Position numbers and translations under genes: made by a program. From assembly GCF_009914755.1 (NCBI RefSeq), contig NC_060942.1: DNA of 64,000 nucleotides; one strand, 5' to 3'. The notes beneath the pieces are model-generated. The model was not told where the DNA came from, did no database searches, and saw nothing but the letters and a program-made list of their open reading frames with translations. Below, in pieces: positions 1 through 15,139 of the stretch. Numbering within the stretch: position 1 is the stretch's first letter; each line of letters starts with the position of its first letter. Origin of the DNA: the human T2T-CHM13v2.0 reference genome, Homo sapiens.

Positions 1-914
1 GTTAATTCTTGGACCAGTAAAATTCTATGCTAATTTTTCTATTTTTTTAATTGAGCCAAAGTCTCATAACATATTAAACATTTGAAAGTGGAAACTTTAG
101 TGGCATTTAATACATTCACAACATCGTACAACTATCATCCCATCTCATTCCAATATATTTTCATCACTCCAAAAGAACATATGCTACTTATTAAGCAGTC
201 TCTCCCCTTTCTTCAACCCACTATCCCATAGCAATGACTAATCTGCTGTCTTTGTGGATGAACTTTCATGAATATTTTATAGAAATGTAATCATATAAGT
301 GACCTTTCGTGACTTTTTAACTTAGCATAATAGTTTCAAGATTTCTCCATGTTGCAGTATGTAGAAGAATTTTATTTCTTTTAATGGTGGAATAATATTC
401 CATTGTGTATATACAACACATTTGGTTATCTATTAATCCATTGATGGATTTGGGGATTGTGTCCACCTTTTGGCTATTGTGAATATAGATGTTATACACA
501 TTTGTATATGAGTTTTTGTTTGAACATGTTTTGAATCCTTTTGGGTATATATCTTGCAGTCAAATTGCTGAGTGATAGGTAATTCTAGGTTTCACTTTTT
601 GAGGAGCCGACAAACTGTTTCTCGGTATCTAAACTATTTTATATTCACGCCAGCAATATGCAAGGGTTCTAATGTTGAAGAAAAGTGGAAAGAGTGGGCA
701 TCCTTGTTTTGCTCCTGTTCTTAAGATAAAAACTTTCAGTCTTCACCATCAGGTATAATATAAACTAAGGGTTTCTCATAAATATCCTTTATTGTGTTTA
801 ATAAAGTTCCCTTACAATCTAGTTTTACTAAAGGTGTGGGCTTGTGTCACATGTTAACTAATTTTCGTATGCTAAACCACTCTTGCATTTCTAGGATAAA
901 TCTCACTGATCATG

Positions 915-915
<1 letters not shown>

Positions 916-951
<36 letters not shown>
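916..951. repeat. (TG)n microsatellite
   Basis: About 18 TG units. Confidence 0.95.
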
Positions 952-1295
<344 letters not shown>

Positions 1296-1324
1296 TGATA
1301 GTATTTTGTTGAGGATTTTGTCAT

Positions 1325-1621
1325 TTTTTGTTTGTTTGTTTTGTTTTGTTGCCCAGGCTGAAGTACAGTGGCACAATCACAGTTCACTGTAAACTTGACC
1401 TCCTGGGCTCAAGCAATCCTCCAAACTCAGTCTCTGGAGTAGCTAAGACTACTGGCATGCGCCACCACACCTGGCTCATTTTTTCATTGTTGTTGTTTGT
1501 TTGTAGAGATGGGTTTTGATTATGTTGCCTAGGCTTGTCTCAAACTTCTGGGCTCAAGTGATCCTCTGCCTTGGCCTCCCAAAGTACTTGGATTACAGGT
1601 TGTGAGCTACTGTGCCCGGCC
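1325..1621 (-). mobile_element. AluJ-like
   Basis: Diverged dimer with J-type ctcctgggctcaagcaatcct; tgtcat on both flanks. Confidence 0.88.
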
Positions 1622-4347
1622 TGTCATGTATATTCAGATATATTCTATAGTTTGCTTCTGATGTCTTTGTCTGGTTTCACTATCATGTTATTGCTGGGCT
1701 CATAGGATGACTTAGAAATTATTCTCTTCTTTTCTATTTTTTGGAAGAGTTTGAGAAGGACTGATGTTAATTCTTCTTTCAATGTTTAGTAGAATTTACC
1801 AGTGGAGCCATCTGGTCCTGAGATTTTTTTTGTTGGGGAAATTTTTGATTATTGATTCAATCACTTTATTTGTCATAGTTCTGTTCAGGTTTTCTACCCC
1901 TTCCTGAGACAGTTTTAGTAGTTTATGTGTTTTTAAGAATTAGTCCCTTTCATCTTCGTTATTTAGTTTGTTGATACCCATTTGTTCCTAGTATCCTCTT
2001 TTAATCCTCTTTATTTCTGCAGAATCTGTTGTAGTGTCCCAGTTTTTATATTATTTTAGTTAATTTGTAATTGAGTCTTCTTTTTATTTTTGGTTAGTTT
2101 AGCTAAAGGTTTGTGAATTTCATTGCTCTTTTCAAAGAAAAACCTTTTGTTTTAATTGATTCTGTGTACTGTTTTTCTAGCCTCTATTTCATTTATTTCT
2201 ACTTTAACCTTTATTTCCTTCCTTTTGCTAACTTTGGGTTTAGCATACTCCTGCTTCCTTAAGGTATAAAGTTAGGTTACTGGATTTGAGTTCCTCTTTT
2301 TAAATGTAAGCATTTATAGCTCTAAATTTCCCTCTGTGGACTACTTTTGCTGCATTTCGTAAGTTTAAATACATTGTGTTTTCATTTTCACTCACCTCAA
2401 GGTGTTTTCTAATTTCCCCTGTGATTACTGCTTTGACTCATTGGTTTGTAAAACATGATTTGTTTAATTTCCACATATATATGAAATTTCCAGTTTTCCA
2501 TTTGTTATTGATTTCCAGTTTCATTCTATTGGGTCAGAAAAAAATACCATGTATAATTTTGATCTTTTTCGTTTCATTGAGATTTATTTTGTGGCATAAT
2601 ATATGATCTATCCTGAAGAATGGTCCATGTGCACATGAGAAGAATGTGTTTTCTGCTGTTGTTAAGTGGAGTATTCTGTATAAACTGGTTAGGTCTTGTT
2701 GGTTCATGTTATTCAAGTCTATTTATTTATTGATCTTCTGCTTAGTTCTTTTATCCATTATTGGAAGTGGGGGCATTAAATTCTCAAAGTCCTGTTGTAG
2801 AACAGTCTATTATTCCCTTCAATTCTGTTAGTTTATATGTCTGTTTTGAGGTTATATTGTTAGGTGTGTTATATTTATAGTTTATATATCTTCTTGGTGG
2901 AATGACACTTTTATCAGTGTATCAAGTCTTTTGTCTTCTGTAACAGGCTTTGATTTAAAGCCTATTTTGTGTGATATTGGTATAGTCACTCCAGCTCTCT
3001 TTTACTTACTATTTGCATGGAATATGGTTTTTCATCCTTCCACTTTTAAGCTACTTATGTCTTTGTATCTCAGGTGAGACTCTCATAGACAGAATAGTTG
3101 GATTATCTATTCTTATCCATTCTACCATGCTCTACCTTTCAATTGGAGAGTTTAATCCATTTATATAAGAAGTAATTACTGATAAGGAAGGGATTATTTT
3201 TGCCATTTTGCTATTCATTTTCTATATTATTTATTTCTGAACTCCTCCATAACTGCCTTATTTGTAACTAGTTGATTTTTTTCTATATATTGTTTAGTTT
3301 CCCTCTTTGTTTTCCTGTACTGTCTAAAATAGAATCTTAGTGTTTATCCTGAGGATTACAATTAATATCTTAACTCTATAAAACTTGAATTAAAATCAAT
3401 GTAGCTTCAATAGTATACCTATCTATTTATATATAAAGAACTCTGTTCCTTTATGTCTCTGCTCTTTCTCTTATGGTGTCAATTTCACAAATTACATAGT
3501 TATCCATTTTGTGTTCATTTGCATAAATTTATAATTATGAATTTTATCCATTTGACCTTATAATCATATAGGGAAACAAATAAGAATTACAAAACAAAAA
3601 TACACTTATACTGGATTTTATACTTACCTTTGTAGTTACCTTTATTATTGTTTATTATTTTATCATATGGCTTCCAGTTACTCTCTAGTGTCGTTTCATT
3701 TCAGCCTGAAAGACTACTTATAGGATTTCTTATAGAACTGGACTGCTAGTGATACACCCCTTTGGTTTATCTGAGAATGTCTTAATTTCTCCTTTATTTT
3801 TGAGGATACTCTTGCTAGATTCGGAATTCTTCATTGACAGTTTCTTTTTTTTCTTCTGGCATTTAAATATGTCACCCCACTGCATTCTGACTTCCACAAT
3901 TCCTAATGAACAATTCACTGTTAATCGTACTGAGGGTCCCTGGTACATGAAAAGTTGCTTCTCTTGTGCTGCTTTCCAGATTCTCTTTGTCCCAGGCATT
4001 TGACAAGTTAACTAAAATGTATATGGGTGTGGATCTGTTTGACTTGATTCTATTTGGAGTTCATTGAGTTTAATGGATGCATAGATTTAAGTCTTTCATC
4101 AAATTGAAGAGTTTCTTAGCCATTGTTTCTTCAAATATTTTTTCATTCTCTAGCCCTTTCTTCTCACTTTTTGACTGCTATTATGCTTGATGGTATCCCT
4201 TAGGCTTATTAGGCACTTTTCATTTTTCTTTATTCTCTTGTCTTTCTTGTTTCTTAGACTAGATAATCTCTATTAACTTATCATCAAATTCACTGATTAT
4301 TCTGACTGCTCAAAGCTGCTACTGAACCCTTCTAGTGAAGTTTTTAA

Positions 4348-4678
<331 letters not shown>

Positions 4679-6092
4679 TAGAATTTCTATTTGGTTAATT
4701 TTTATAATTTCTCTAATTGAGATTTTATATTTGTTGAAACATCACTTTTCTGCTTTAACTTAGTTATTTGTTCATGGTTTCCTTTATCTCTTTGAAGATA
4801 TTTAAGTCAATTGATTTATCTTTGTCCAGTAAGTCCAAATTTTGGGTTCCCTTGAGAACAGTTTATGTTAATTTATCCTTTTTCACTGTGAATGACCCAA
4901 GCTTTCTTTTCTTTGCATTCTTCATATTTACTTTTTGAAAATTGGACATTTTGAATATTTTAATGTGAAATAAAAACCAGATTACACTATTGGATTTGCT
5001 TTTTCTGTCTGTAGTGGGTTATTGTTTGTTTAGTGACTCTTCCAAACACTCTTTCATAATGGCTGTATTATTTGTCATGTGTAATCACTGAAATCTGTTT
5101 CCTTAGCTTACTGGTGAGCTAGTGTTTTGTGTGAGTTCACTTAAATGGCTGGCAACAAAAGAAAGGAAAAAGAAAAACAATACTCTCCAATCTTGGCAGA
5201 TTTGGTCTGTGTTAGGGTAATCCTTCGAGGCTTACCCAGGCTGTTTAAACCCTGACTCTGTCTTCAATTCCTGCCCATGCAGATCCTAAAGGTCAGCCAG
5301 AAGTAAGATTAGGATCTTCTCAAGTCTTTTTTGAACATTTTTCCAGCCCTCTGTGTTCTATCAAATCTCCAGTATATTGAGAGATTTTCCTTCATGTATC
5401 TATCTCTTTTTCCAACCTATTTTTTCACAGGAATTTTCGTCTGGTTAATGCTTGTCCTAGCTGTTATCTATAGCCTCAGGCTGCTATGGCAAGTATATGC
5501 CTTTAAATGCTTTTTGCAAACACTGCCTGTAAGTAGCCCCAGCCTTGTGATTCCTCCAAGTCAAGCAAAGTCCTTATGCTAGTCTTTCTGGGAGCTATCA
5601 GATCACTCAAACACAATTCTTTGAGAATGATGTTCCTATTATTCCCTCTGGCACTAGGAATCTGCACCATAGGTGTACACTGCTCTCTTCATAGCTGCCA
5701 CCAGTCTGAAGGCTGGAGAATGCTGAGCAGGCAAATTACAATGCCACAGTGCTCTCTTAATGCAATGAAGCAGCTTCCTTCTTCATTGAATTTTCCCCTA
5801 GTGGTTATTAAATTTTTACTGGATTCCAGATTTCTGTAAAAGTCGATTCTGACTGATGTTTTTGCAAATTTTATAGTTGTTTTTGTGGAGGGGTGGAGCT
5901 CTGGAGATCTCTAGTTTGCCATTATCAGTGATGTCCTCATTCTTATATTTTAAAAAATATATTGCAATATCTATTGTGAAAAATCTTGCATTCGATTTTC
6001 TATTCCTTTTGAAGTTAAACTGGATTATAGCAGATGATTGAAATTTGGACATTAAAAATAAAATAGTTTTAAAAAGCATGAAATTTTCTTAC

Positions 6093-6115
6093 CATTCTTC
6101 AAAAGAAGTTTCAAA
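6093..6115 (-). CDS. CCDC178: CCDC178 23-nt micro-exon, phase 0-2; FETSFEE(W)
   Basis: Acceptor cttttgttttgacag, exon TTTGAAACTTCTTTTGAAGAATG, donor gtaaga. Continues ...EHLKR-FETSFEEW as I recall the protein. Confidence 0.88.
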
Positions 6116-6253
6116 CTGTCAAAACAAAAGATCTCAATAAAAATCAAATCTTAAACATATTAAAAAACTGAATAAATGTCACTTAAACTTGTCAATTCTC
6201 TACTTTACATATCTCTACTTCATTATATTTTTGTGTACTTATACTCTCGGTTG

Positions 6254-7108
6254 TATAAACCAAAAATAAAATTCTAAGCCCCCCCAACTGACTGAGTAGG
6301 TCCCCCCAACTCTTGGCCAAGGGGACCCCAAAGAAACCTAAAAAGCTAGTTAAGGACATGAATAGGAAAGGGGGTTAGACATGCCTCATTATAACCTCCT
6401 GCCTTTGTAATCTAGACACAACAGACCAGCATTAAAATTAAAACAGAAATCTTAAGATAAACAAAAAAGACTCTTTGTAGCAATAATATACCAAATTCCC
6501 ACCTGATTCTGATATAGCATCACATGACAGATAACAGGCCTTGAAAGAAATCAAAGTATTTCACTCCAAAATATACTTCTTTGACATATTCAGAAACAGT
6601 CCTGCAAAACCGTCTCTTGTGGCAGAAGTTTGCATTCTGTAGAGAATCTCTTTCCCTTACTAGGTCCTTTTTAGGGAGCCTGACACTTTCAAGGTCTGAT
6701 AAGAGACATTCACCACCTATTCTCTCTGAAGCCTGCTACCTGGAGGCTTCATCTACATGACAAGAACTTTGGCTTTTTTTTTTTAATGGTGAATTCAACA
6801 ATTCAGGCAAGTCATATCTTTCAACCAATTACCAATCAGGAAACCTGAATTCACCTATGACCTGGAAGCCCCCATTTCTAGATGTCCCACCTTTCCAGGC
6901 CTAACCAATGTATAACTTGCATGTATTGATTTATGTCTTTCCCTGTAACTTCTGCCCCCCTAAAATGTATAAAATCAAGCTGTAACCAAACCACCTTGGG
7001 CACATGTTCCTGGGACCTCCTGAGGCTGCCATGGACCATGGTTCTTAACCTTGGCAAAATAAACCTCTAAATTGATTAAGACCTATCTCATAAACTTATT
7101 GGTTTACA
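6254..7108 (+). mobile_element. ERV1 solo LTR, MER4 family (MER4D-like)
   Basis: Starts tataaaccaaaaataaaattctaagcccccc (MER4 start with TG>TA), ends ggtttaca; exact 4-bp TSD gttg at 6250-6253 and 7109-7112; AATAAA near 7058. Confidence 0.88.
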
Positions 7109-7577
7109 GTTGTTTCCCAAGAAGTACATAAATCTCCTATCTATTCATATTGTTTTATTCTTAACCCCACCTAATTGTTCTGACCTTGTCTCTGTGATTC
7201 TAAATCTTACACATTCATCAAGGGACAGTTCAACTGCTATTTATTCCCAAAAGACTTTCCTAACAGTCAGAAGTACATGACATCTATTGAATTGTAATGT
7301 GTTACCAAAGAGTGGTGAATACAAAATTATACCTGAGTTCACATATTTAGCTTTCCATAATATTATGCCTTTTCTGGACTATAAAGTCATTGGCAGGGTT
7401 ATTTTCTACAGATATATTCTAAGAGTACCTTGGGTTGTACAAGTCATAAATTATCAAAAATGCAAAACCAGAATGTTACAGGTTTCATAGATTATCTCTC
7501 ATTCAAGATGTTTATTTGGCATACATGATTACTTCTCTCTAGTTCCCATATCCTACCAAAATCTGAACAAAAAAATT

Positions 7578-7653
7578 ATATGATATATATATATATGTGT
7601 ATGCATGTGTGTGTGTGTATACACACACACATTCACATTAATATATACATATA
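7578..7653. repeat. Compound TA/TG/CA microsatellite
   Basis: Seen directly. Confidence 0.85.
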
Positions 7654-7972
7654 TAGTCATGTGTCACTAATGACAGTGATACATTCTCAGAAATTCATTG
7701 CTAGGCAATTCTGTCATTGTGCGAACATCATAAGAGTATATTTATACAAACCTCAGTGGTATAGCCTACTACACACTTAGGCTATATGGTATAGTCTATT
7801 GCCCCTGGCCTACAAACCTGCACAGTGTGTTACCATACTGAATGCTGTAGGCAAGTATAGCACAATGTATTTGTGTATCTAAATATATCAAAATATAGAC
7901 AAGATACAGTAAAAATACAATATTGTAATCTCATGAGACCACTGTTGTATATGTGGTACATCATTGACCAAA
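7654..7972 (-). mobile_element. Tigger3a-like non-autonomous DNA transposon
   Basis: tagtcatgtgtcactaatgac terminus and ggtatagcctactacacac...ggctatatggtatag core; right end truncated. Confidence 0.85.
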
Positions 7973-8009
7973 TAATGAAAAAGACTAAATTCATGTACAT
8001 AATAAAAAA

Positions 8010-8770
8010 CTGAGGAATGCAATTATGTTTAAAATCCCAATAGATTTTTTTCATATAATATGACAAGCTTATTCTAAAATTTATATGGAAGAGCACTGCA
8101 TCAAGAATACCCGAAGAACTCTAAAAAGGTAAAAAGAAGTACCATATGAGATATCAAAACATATTATGACTCATGTAAATGACTGAAAGCAGATATTGGC
8201 ATAGGGAGGTAAAATTGACTAGTGGGATGGAACAGGCCAGAAATAGGTAAAATCATACATGAAACTTTGATGTATGATGGATATGGTATGGCTGATTTAT
8301 AAGAAATGACTGGATTTGAAATAAAATCAATGTGGAAAAAACTAATTTTCCTTAGTAAAATTAGCTATCAATTCCATTCATATGCAAAAAAGAAATCAAT
8401 TTCACATTATTGAGCAAATCTCCAAAGAAAAATTAAAATTTTAGTAGCTATAAAGTAAAACTGTTATAGCATTGTGGTATGGAAATTTTTCTTAAACAAG
8501 ACACAAATCACTTAAAAGCAAAAGTAAAGTGATAAATTTAATTACATTAAAATTAATAAAGTAAAAAGACAAGTCACAAACTGAGAGAAAGTGTTTACAA
8601 CATATACAACTTACTAAAGGTAACAAGTTCCTAAAAGTCAATAAGAAAATACAAGTAAACCCAAAAGAAAGTGGCAAAAGATAAATTGGCATTTTGCAGA
8701 GAAGAGAATAAAAATTCAGTGAGCATGTTAATAAGATTCTAAACTAATTAATAATCAGGAAAATGTTATT
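8010..8770 (+). mobile_element. Ancient L1 (L1ME-like) ORF2 3' fragment
   Basis: gacaagcttattctaaaatttatatggaa and other degraded ORF2 motifs. Confidence 0.65.
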
Positions 8771-9809
8771 CCTTGATTTTGGAAACTGGCATTCACAGTC
8801 CTGCATAATGCAGAAATCCACATGATGTTGATTTATGTGACAGTTCTAAGAAGCCATTTGAAGTTGAAGTATCACAAGAGAGTCAGGGGAAAATTGGTTA
8901 AGAGGCACTTCAATGAATTGTGATATAATTATCCAAAACTTCTGAAGTCCTCAACAAGTTAGTAATAATTAATAGTCTCAGCTTGATCTTTATAGCTCAA
9001 TAGAAAATCATTTATTTTATAAAGATAAAACATTATTACTCCAAATTTTTGAAGCAGAGTGCAATTTCATATGAAGAAACGTTTTAAGGTAATATATCAA
9101 AACATTACCTTAGCAACTTTGTTTAGAAGTAAGTAACAAAGAAATAATTAAAAAATTACTTTAGTCAGTCTTTGATCTGATGTGTGGAGGCAAAATTTCT
9201 GGTACCTAGCATTTAAATACTATTTATTCAGGATATTGAAGTGGTTAACACAGAGAAGGCCTACAATTCCAGAGAAACATTTGAAGTCTTATATTCATAA
9301 CTGCCTATCTGAAAAATCTGGACAAATTTTAGAAGTTTATCAAAGTCACTTTAAATCATTATTTTAAATAAAATTCCTGATTATAATTAAGCTTAGAATT
9401 TCACTTGTCATAAACATTTGTGTTATGTAGATGCTTCGATGAAAATACCTAATATAATCAATTATATCAAACTAACTACAAGACTCCATACAATTCTCAT
9501 TTCTGATTTTACCAAAATAGCAAATGAAAACAAAGGAGGAGGGAGAGCTAAAATTGCCCGATTCGATGTAGTTTAAAATATTATTACATTATGGGGGAAA
9601 TGAAACACTTCATTTACTTACAGCTCTAAGCCACATTGCCCACAAACTTCTGCTTGATAAATCTAACATTTCCATTGACCTTGTTTATTTAAGTCTATAT
9701 TTTTATTGGAAATTATTACCAAATATTTAAATATTTTAATGCTATTATTGAGACAAAAAGTATTCATGAAACCTTCTATTTTCCACTGTAAAAATAAGAA
9801 AATAATTAA

Positions 9810-12706
9810 CCTTATGTTAGAAATTTTTTTTTAATGGACGATAACAAGTGCTAATAAGGATGTGAAGAAATTAGAACACATTTATATTGCTGGTGGGAAT
9901 TTAAAACAGTTGGGCTATGGAAAATAATTTGATGGTTTCTCAATAAGTTATATATAGAATCATCACATGATACAGCAGTTCCACTCCTAGGTATATACTC
10001 AAAAGAACTGAAAACAGGTACTTAATCAAATCCTTATATAATATATAATTATATAATATATACTACATGCATGTTCATAGTAGCCCTCTGTACTATAGAC
10101 AAAGGGGAACAACCCAAATGACTATCAACAGATGGACAGATACCAATCGTTGTATATATACACAATAGATTATTCAGCTATAAAAAGAAACAAAGTACTG
10201 AAACATGCTACAATGTGGATCGACCTCCCACATTATGTCAAGTGAAAAAAATGCAGGTCACATATTGTATGATTTTATTTATATCTAATATCCAGAATAG
10301 ATATAGCTATCAAAATTGAAAATGAAAAAAGGAAAATTATCTCTATTTGCAGATGACATGATCCTATAAGCAGAAAACCTCAATGCTACACAAAAAAACC
10401 TGTTAGAACTAATAAATTCAGCAGTTGCAAGATACAAAATCAATGTACAAAAACTAGTAGCATTTTTATACATGAATAATGATCTAGCTGAAGAAGAAAT
10501 TAAGAAAACAATCCCATTTATAACAGCATAAAATGCCTTGGAATAAGTCTAATCAAGTAGCTGAAAGATTTGCACACTAAAACTATAAAACATTAATGAA
10601 AGAAATTGAGCGTGATGCAAATAAATGAATAAATATGTGTTTACAAATGGGAAGAATTAATATTGCTAAAATAATCCTAGTACTCTAAGCAATATATAGA
10701 TTTAATGCCATGTCGATAAAAATTCCAATGACTATTTTCACAGAAATAGAAAAAGAATATAAAATTAATATAGAGCCATAAAAAAACACCAAAAGTCCCA
10801 ACAATACTGAGGAAAAAAGGTAATGTTGGAAGCATCAGACTTCCTGATTTAAACTTATATTACAAAGCAATCATAATCAAAACAGTATGGTCCTGGCATA
10901 AAAACAAAAACATAGACCAATGGAATAGAATAGAGAGTCCAGAAATAAGTTAAAACACAGACGGACAACTAATTTTTGACAAAGGCATCAAAAGGACACA
11001 ATGAGGAAAGAATAGTCTCTTCAATAAATGATGCAGGGAAAACTAAATTTCTATCACCAACAGAATGAAATTGGCTCTTATCTTAAACAATACACAAAAA
11101 TCAATTCAAAATGGATAAAAGACCTAAATTTAAGATCAGAAGCCATAAAACTCCTAGAAAAGAACATAGAGGAAAAGCTCCTTCACATTGGTCTTGACAA
11201 CAACTTTTGGGAATCACACCAAAAATTCAGACTTCAAAGACAAAAATACAGAAATGGAACTGCATCAAACTAAAAAAAAATGAAAAGTCCAGTTACATAC
11301 TAGGAAAAAAATAATTGGAAACCACATATCTGATAAGGAGTTAATATGAAAAATGTATTAAAAACTCTTAAACTCATTAGCAAAAACCAAATAACCTGAT
11401 TTAAAAATGGGCAAAGGACATGACGTATCTTCAAAAAATATATAAATGGAAAACAGGTATGCAAAAAGGTGCTCAACATCACTAATCATCAAGGAAATGC
11501 AAATTAAAACCACTATGAGATATCTTCTCACACACATAAGGATGACTACTATAAAAAAGACAAGAGATAAATGTTGGTGAGGGTATGGAGAAAAGGGAGC
11601 CCTAGTACAACTGTTGGTGGGAAGGTAGAATGGTACAGCCATTAGAGAAAACAGTATGGAGGTTCCTAAAGAAATTAAAAATAGGACTACCACATGACCC
11701 AGCAATTCATCTTTTAGGTATATACCCAAAGGAGATGAAAGCACCAGCTCGTAAAGATATCTTCACACCCATATTCGCTGCAGCATTATTCACAATAGCC
11801 AAGATATGGAAACAACCTGAATGTTCATCGATGAATAAGTGAATAAAGAAAATGTAGGAGTGTGTTTGTGTCTCTGTGTATGTACACATACACGCATGTA
11901 TGCATGTGTATGTGTGTCTATATGTTTATGTGTGTATGTCTGTATGTATATATATACATATATATATATATATAGCTAATATTCAGCCTTATAAAAAATG
12001 GAGAGCCTGTTATTTGCCACAACATGAATGGACCTGGAAGACATTATACTAAAGGAAATAAGGCAGACACAGAAAAATGTTGCATGACCTTACTTACATG
12101 TGGAATATATTTTTTTAAGGAGTTCAAATACACAGGTAGAGAATGAAACAGTGGTTACCACAGGTGGGAGTCGGGAAGAGGAAATGCAGAGATGCAGGTC
12201 AGAGGATACAAAGCAGCAGATATGGAAAATGAACACGTCTAGAGATCTAATGTAAAACATGAGGACTAAAGTTAATAAAATTGTATTATATTAGGGATTT
12301 TTGTTAAATAAGTAGGTATTTGTTGCTCTTGTCACAAGGATGTCACTATGTGAAATATATGAGACTAACATAGATATGTTAGCCGGCTTCACTATAGTAA
12401 CCATTGTACTACTATACCATCTATATGTGTCTGTCTGTATGTATCCCAAAACAGCATGTTGTAAACCTCAAATAAACGCAATAAAATTTATTTCAAAAGA
12501 AAGCAGATTGGTAGTTGCAAGACTTGGGTTAAGAAGAGAATTAGGAGTAAATTCTTAATGGATATGGGGTTTTATTCTGGAGTAGTGAACATGCTTTGGA
12601 GCTAAATATAGTGGTGATTACACATTACATAAACTAAATGTTACGGAGTTGCTCACTTAAAAATGGTTAATTTTATGCGATGTGAATTGCACCTCAACTT
12701 TTAAAA
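9810..12706 (+). mobile_element. L1MB-like 3' end, split by a nested L1MA insertion
   Basis: 3'UTR runs 9810-~10305 and resumes at ~12498 (gaaagcagattggtagttgc...tgtgaattgcacctcaa). Confidence 0.75.
10310..12497 (+). mobile_element. L1MA (MA7/MA8-like) 5'-truncated element
   Basis: RT motif region (tttgcagatgacatgatc), ORF2 C-terminal ORFs 11028.. and 11630.., L1MA-type 3'UTR ending caataaaatttattt. Confidence 0.85.
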
Positions 12707-12939
12707 TCACTTAGGAAGTCTGAGTAAATTACAAATTTTAATTATAAATGTGTCAATACTGGTTCATTAATTACAGCAAAGATACCATACTAATGAGATA
12801 TTTTTAAAAACTGGATCCAGAATATACATGAACTCCCTACACTATCTTCTCAATTGTTCTGTAGGTCTAAAGTGTTCTAAAAAAATTTTATTTAAAAAAA
12901 ACAAATTAGAGGAACATAAAACATAATTATCTAATTCAA

Positions 12940-14016
12940 GGAAAGTATGTTTTAATAAAGCAAATAAAGCAAAAGAATATGGCTGGGGCTTTTGGGGCAT
13001 GGAAGTAAACCAAATCAGATTCATACGAAACTTCAAAGTTTTCATTAGAATTGTGGCATCTTGGACTAAAAACCAAGAGACAGTTGAAAATGCAAAGAAG
13101 CTTCTGAGCTCTCAACTTATAAGAAGCAGGAAGAAGTCTGAGATAGGAACTCAGATCCATTTTCTACAGAAATGAAAGTACCTCTGGAGCCAAGAGTTGA
13201 GAGTAAATCAAACAGCCAGTGAGGACCACAGACCAATAAATTATTCCCAATGAGCAGAACTGGGTTCTAATAAAAAAACATTTCTTGGTCCTAGATTTGG
13301 GGAACCTGACACCATATGCTGATAAAATTCAGAATTTTATGGATCAGTGAAAGCCCTATGTCTTCATTCTTCCCCTTTTTGAATGAGGGGTTTATTGTGA
13401 TTATTCTATCCCTTCTTCACTGTGTATACTAAGTATGCAGGAGCAGTATTTGACTTTTCACTTTAGTTCATAGATCTATGGGTCAAAAGAAGTTGCACAC
13501 AAGGAACTTCATCTGTATCAGATCTGTTACAGAACATGTAATTATGGATATTCATGATACCAGAAAGATATAAAACTGTTTTAAGAAAAGGTCATTGTAG
13601 TTTGCATTTGGGGAGCAGTATTAATCATGTGGCAATGGACTGATAGATTGCTACCTAAATTGTTCCCATAGAATCTTGTCTTCTGGATCCACATCTTTTC
13701 TAGTACTCTCCTGCATTAACAGTGGGATTGACTATGTGCTTTGCTTTGGTCAGCGGGACTTCAGCATACATGACACAGGCAAAGCTTTGTTAAGCACTTG
13801 TCTGTTGAGATTCATCCTCTTGAAATACGCTCTAACAGCCAACAACCATGTGAGTGAGACCATTTTAATCATTATTCCCAGTTGTGCTACCAGATGTGTG
13901 TATCCACATGATTGGTCCCAGGCAAGAACCAGCAAAACTGCCCAGCTGAGTCCAGAACAAATTGCTGAATTGTAACCACGTAAATGCTTGTGTTCTAGCC
14001 ACAAAGTGTTGGAGTA
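12940..14016 (+). mobile_element. MaLR (MLT1) internal fragment plus LTR (~13630-14016)
   Basis: MLT1 motifs tgtgctttgctttggtcagcggg, cccagctgagtccag and taaatgcttgtgttctagccac. Confidence 0.6.
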
Positions 14017-14124
14017 CATGTGTATATGTACGTATGTGCATGTATACCAATAGGTAAAAGAAAAAAAGATAAATGGTTACTTTGCTCAAAATATTTTCAT
14101 TAGAATGGGGAAAAATTCTAGACT

Positions 14125-15000
14125 GCAAAGAATAAATGAGTGATTGGGAGGTGTGGAATTAGATACTAAATATAGACAACTTTCAGATGCTAAGTGGAAT
14201 GGAGAAAGAAAGACAAGGGGAGATATTTAAAGGTCTGTATAGAATTTTAAAATGTTCTTAAAAATAGGAGATACATCAGTATCTTCAATGTGTACAGGAG
14301 CTAAGAAAAAAAGGAGATTTTTTAAAGACAGAATGCTGAGAGAAGACACAACTGACGGAGCAAGATCCTTGCAAAGGTAGAATATGCAATGCAGTGAGGG
14401 GAACAGCTCTAGGTGGGTGGGGGACAAAAAGAACAATATTTGTGTTCAGGGATGTCCATAGGTGAGATAACAACAGTTTGAAGCATTTCTGTTGTCGCTC
14501 CTTTTTTTTTTTTTTTTTTGCAAAGAAAGAAATGAGCTGTAAGGTAGAAGATTTAGAGGTTTGAACAAAAAAACATTGGAGTAGCCACCACAGACTACTA
14601 GAAAAATTTCAATTGACAAACAATAATTTCAGAGCACTATACAATGTACAACTGAGGGTGGAGACTATGGTTACATAACATCTTAAATTTTGGGTAATGT
14701 TCTCCAGTACCATTCAGCAGACCAGGGGTGGGAGTGGGGATGGCAGACCATCAGAGATATTTGGGGTTGGCATTTTGTCAGACTAGAAGGATGACAGGAT
14801 AAAAAGTAAAGGACCAAATACTCCAACTGATGAATGTTTAGAGAGATTAATTGATTAGGCAAGAAACTAAAGGAAAATAGGAACCACAGAATAGGAAACC
14901 AGATATATCAGCATTTGAAGTGCTCATAAGTTTCAAGTTAAATACAATAGAACTAATAGAATGAGAGAACTCAAAGTATAAGAAACTTAGTAAAGAGTCA
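14125..15000 (-). mobile_element. L2 fragment, highly diverged
   Basis: Purine-rich; gggaggtgtggaattagatactaaatatagacaac resembles the L2 consensus. Confidence 0.45.
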
Positions 15001-15139
15001 GGTGTTAAATGTTAGGTTTCAGAGTTAAAAAATAGATATGAAGTGGTATAAAAAGAGCCAAGTTTTCCAATGAGAATGACAAACTTTTTAACATTCATGT
15101 CTTTGGTCTTAATAGCTGACACATTGTCAAGGACACGAT

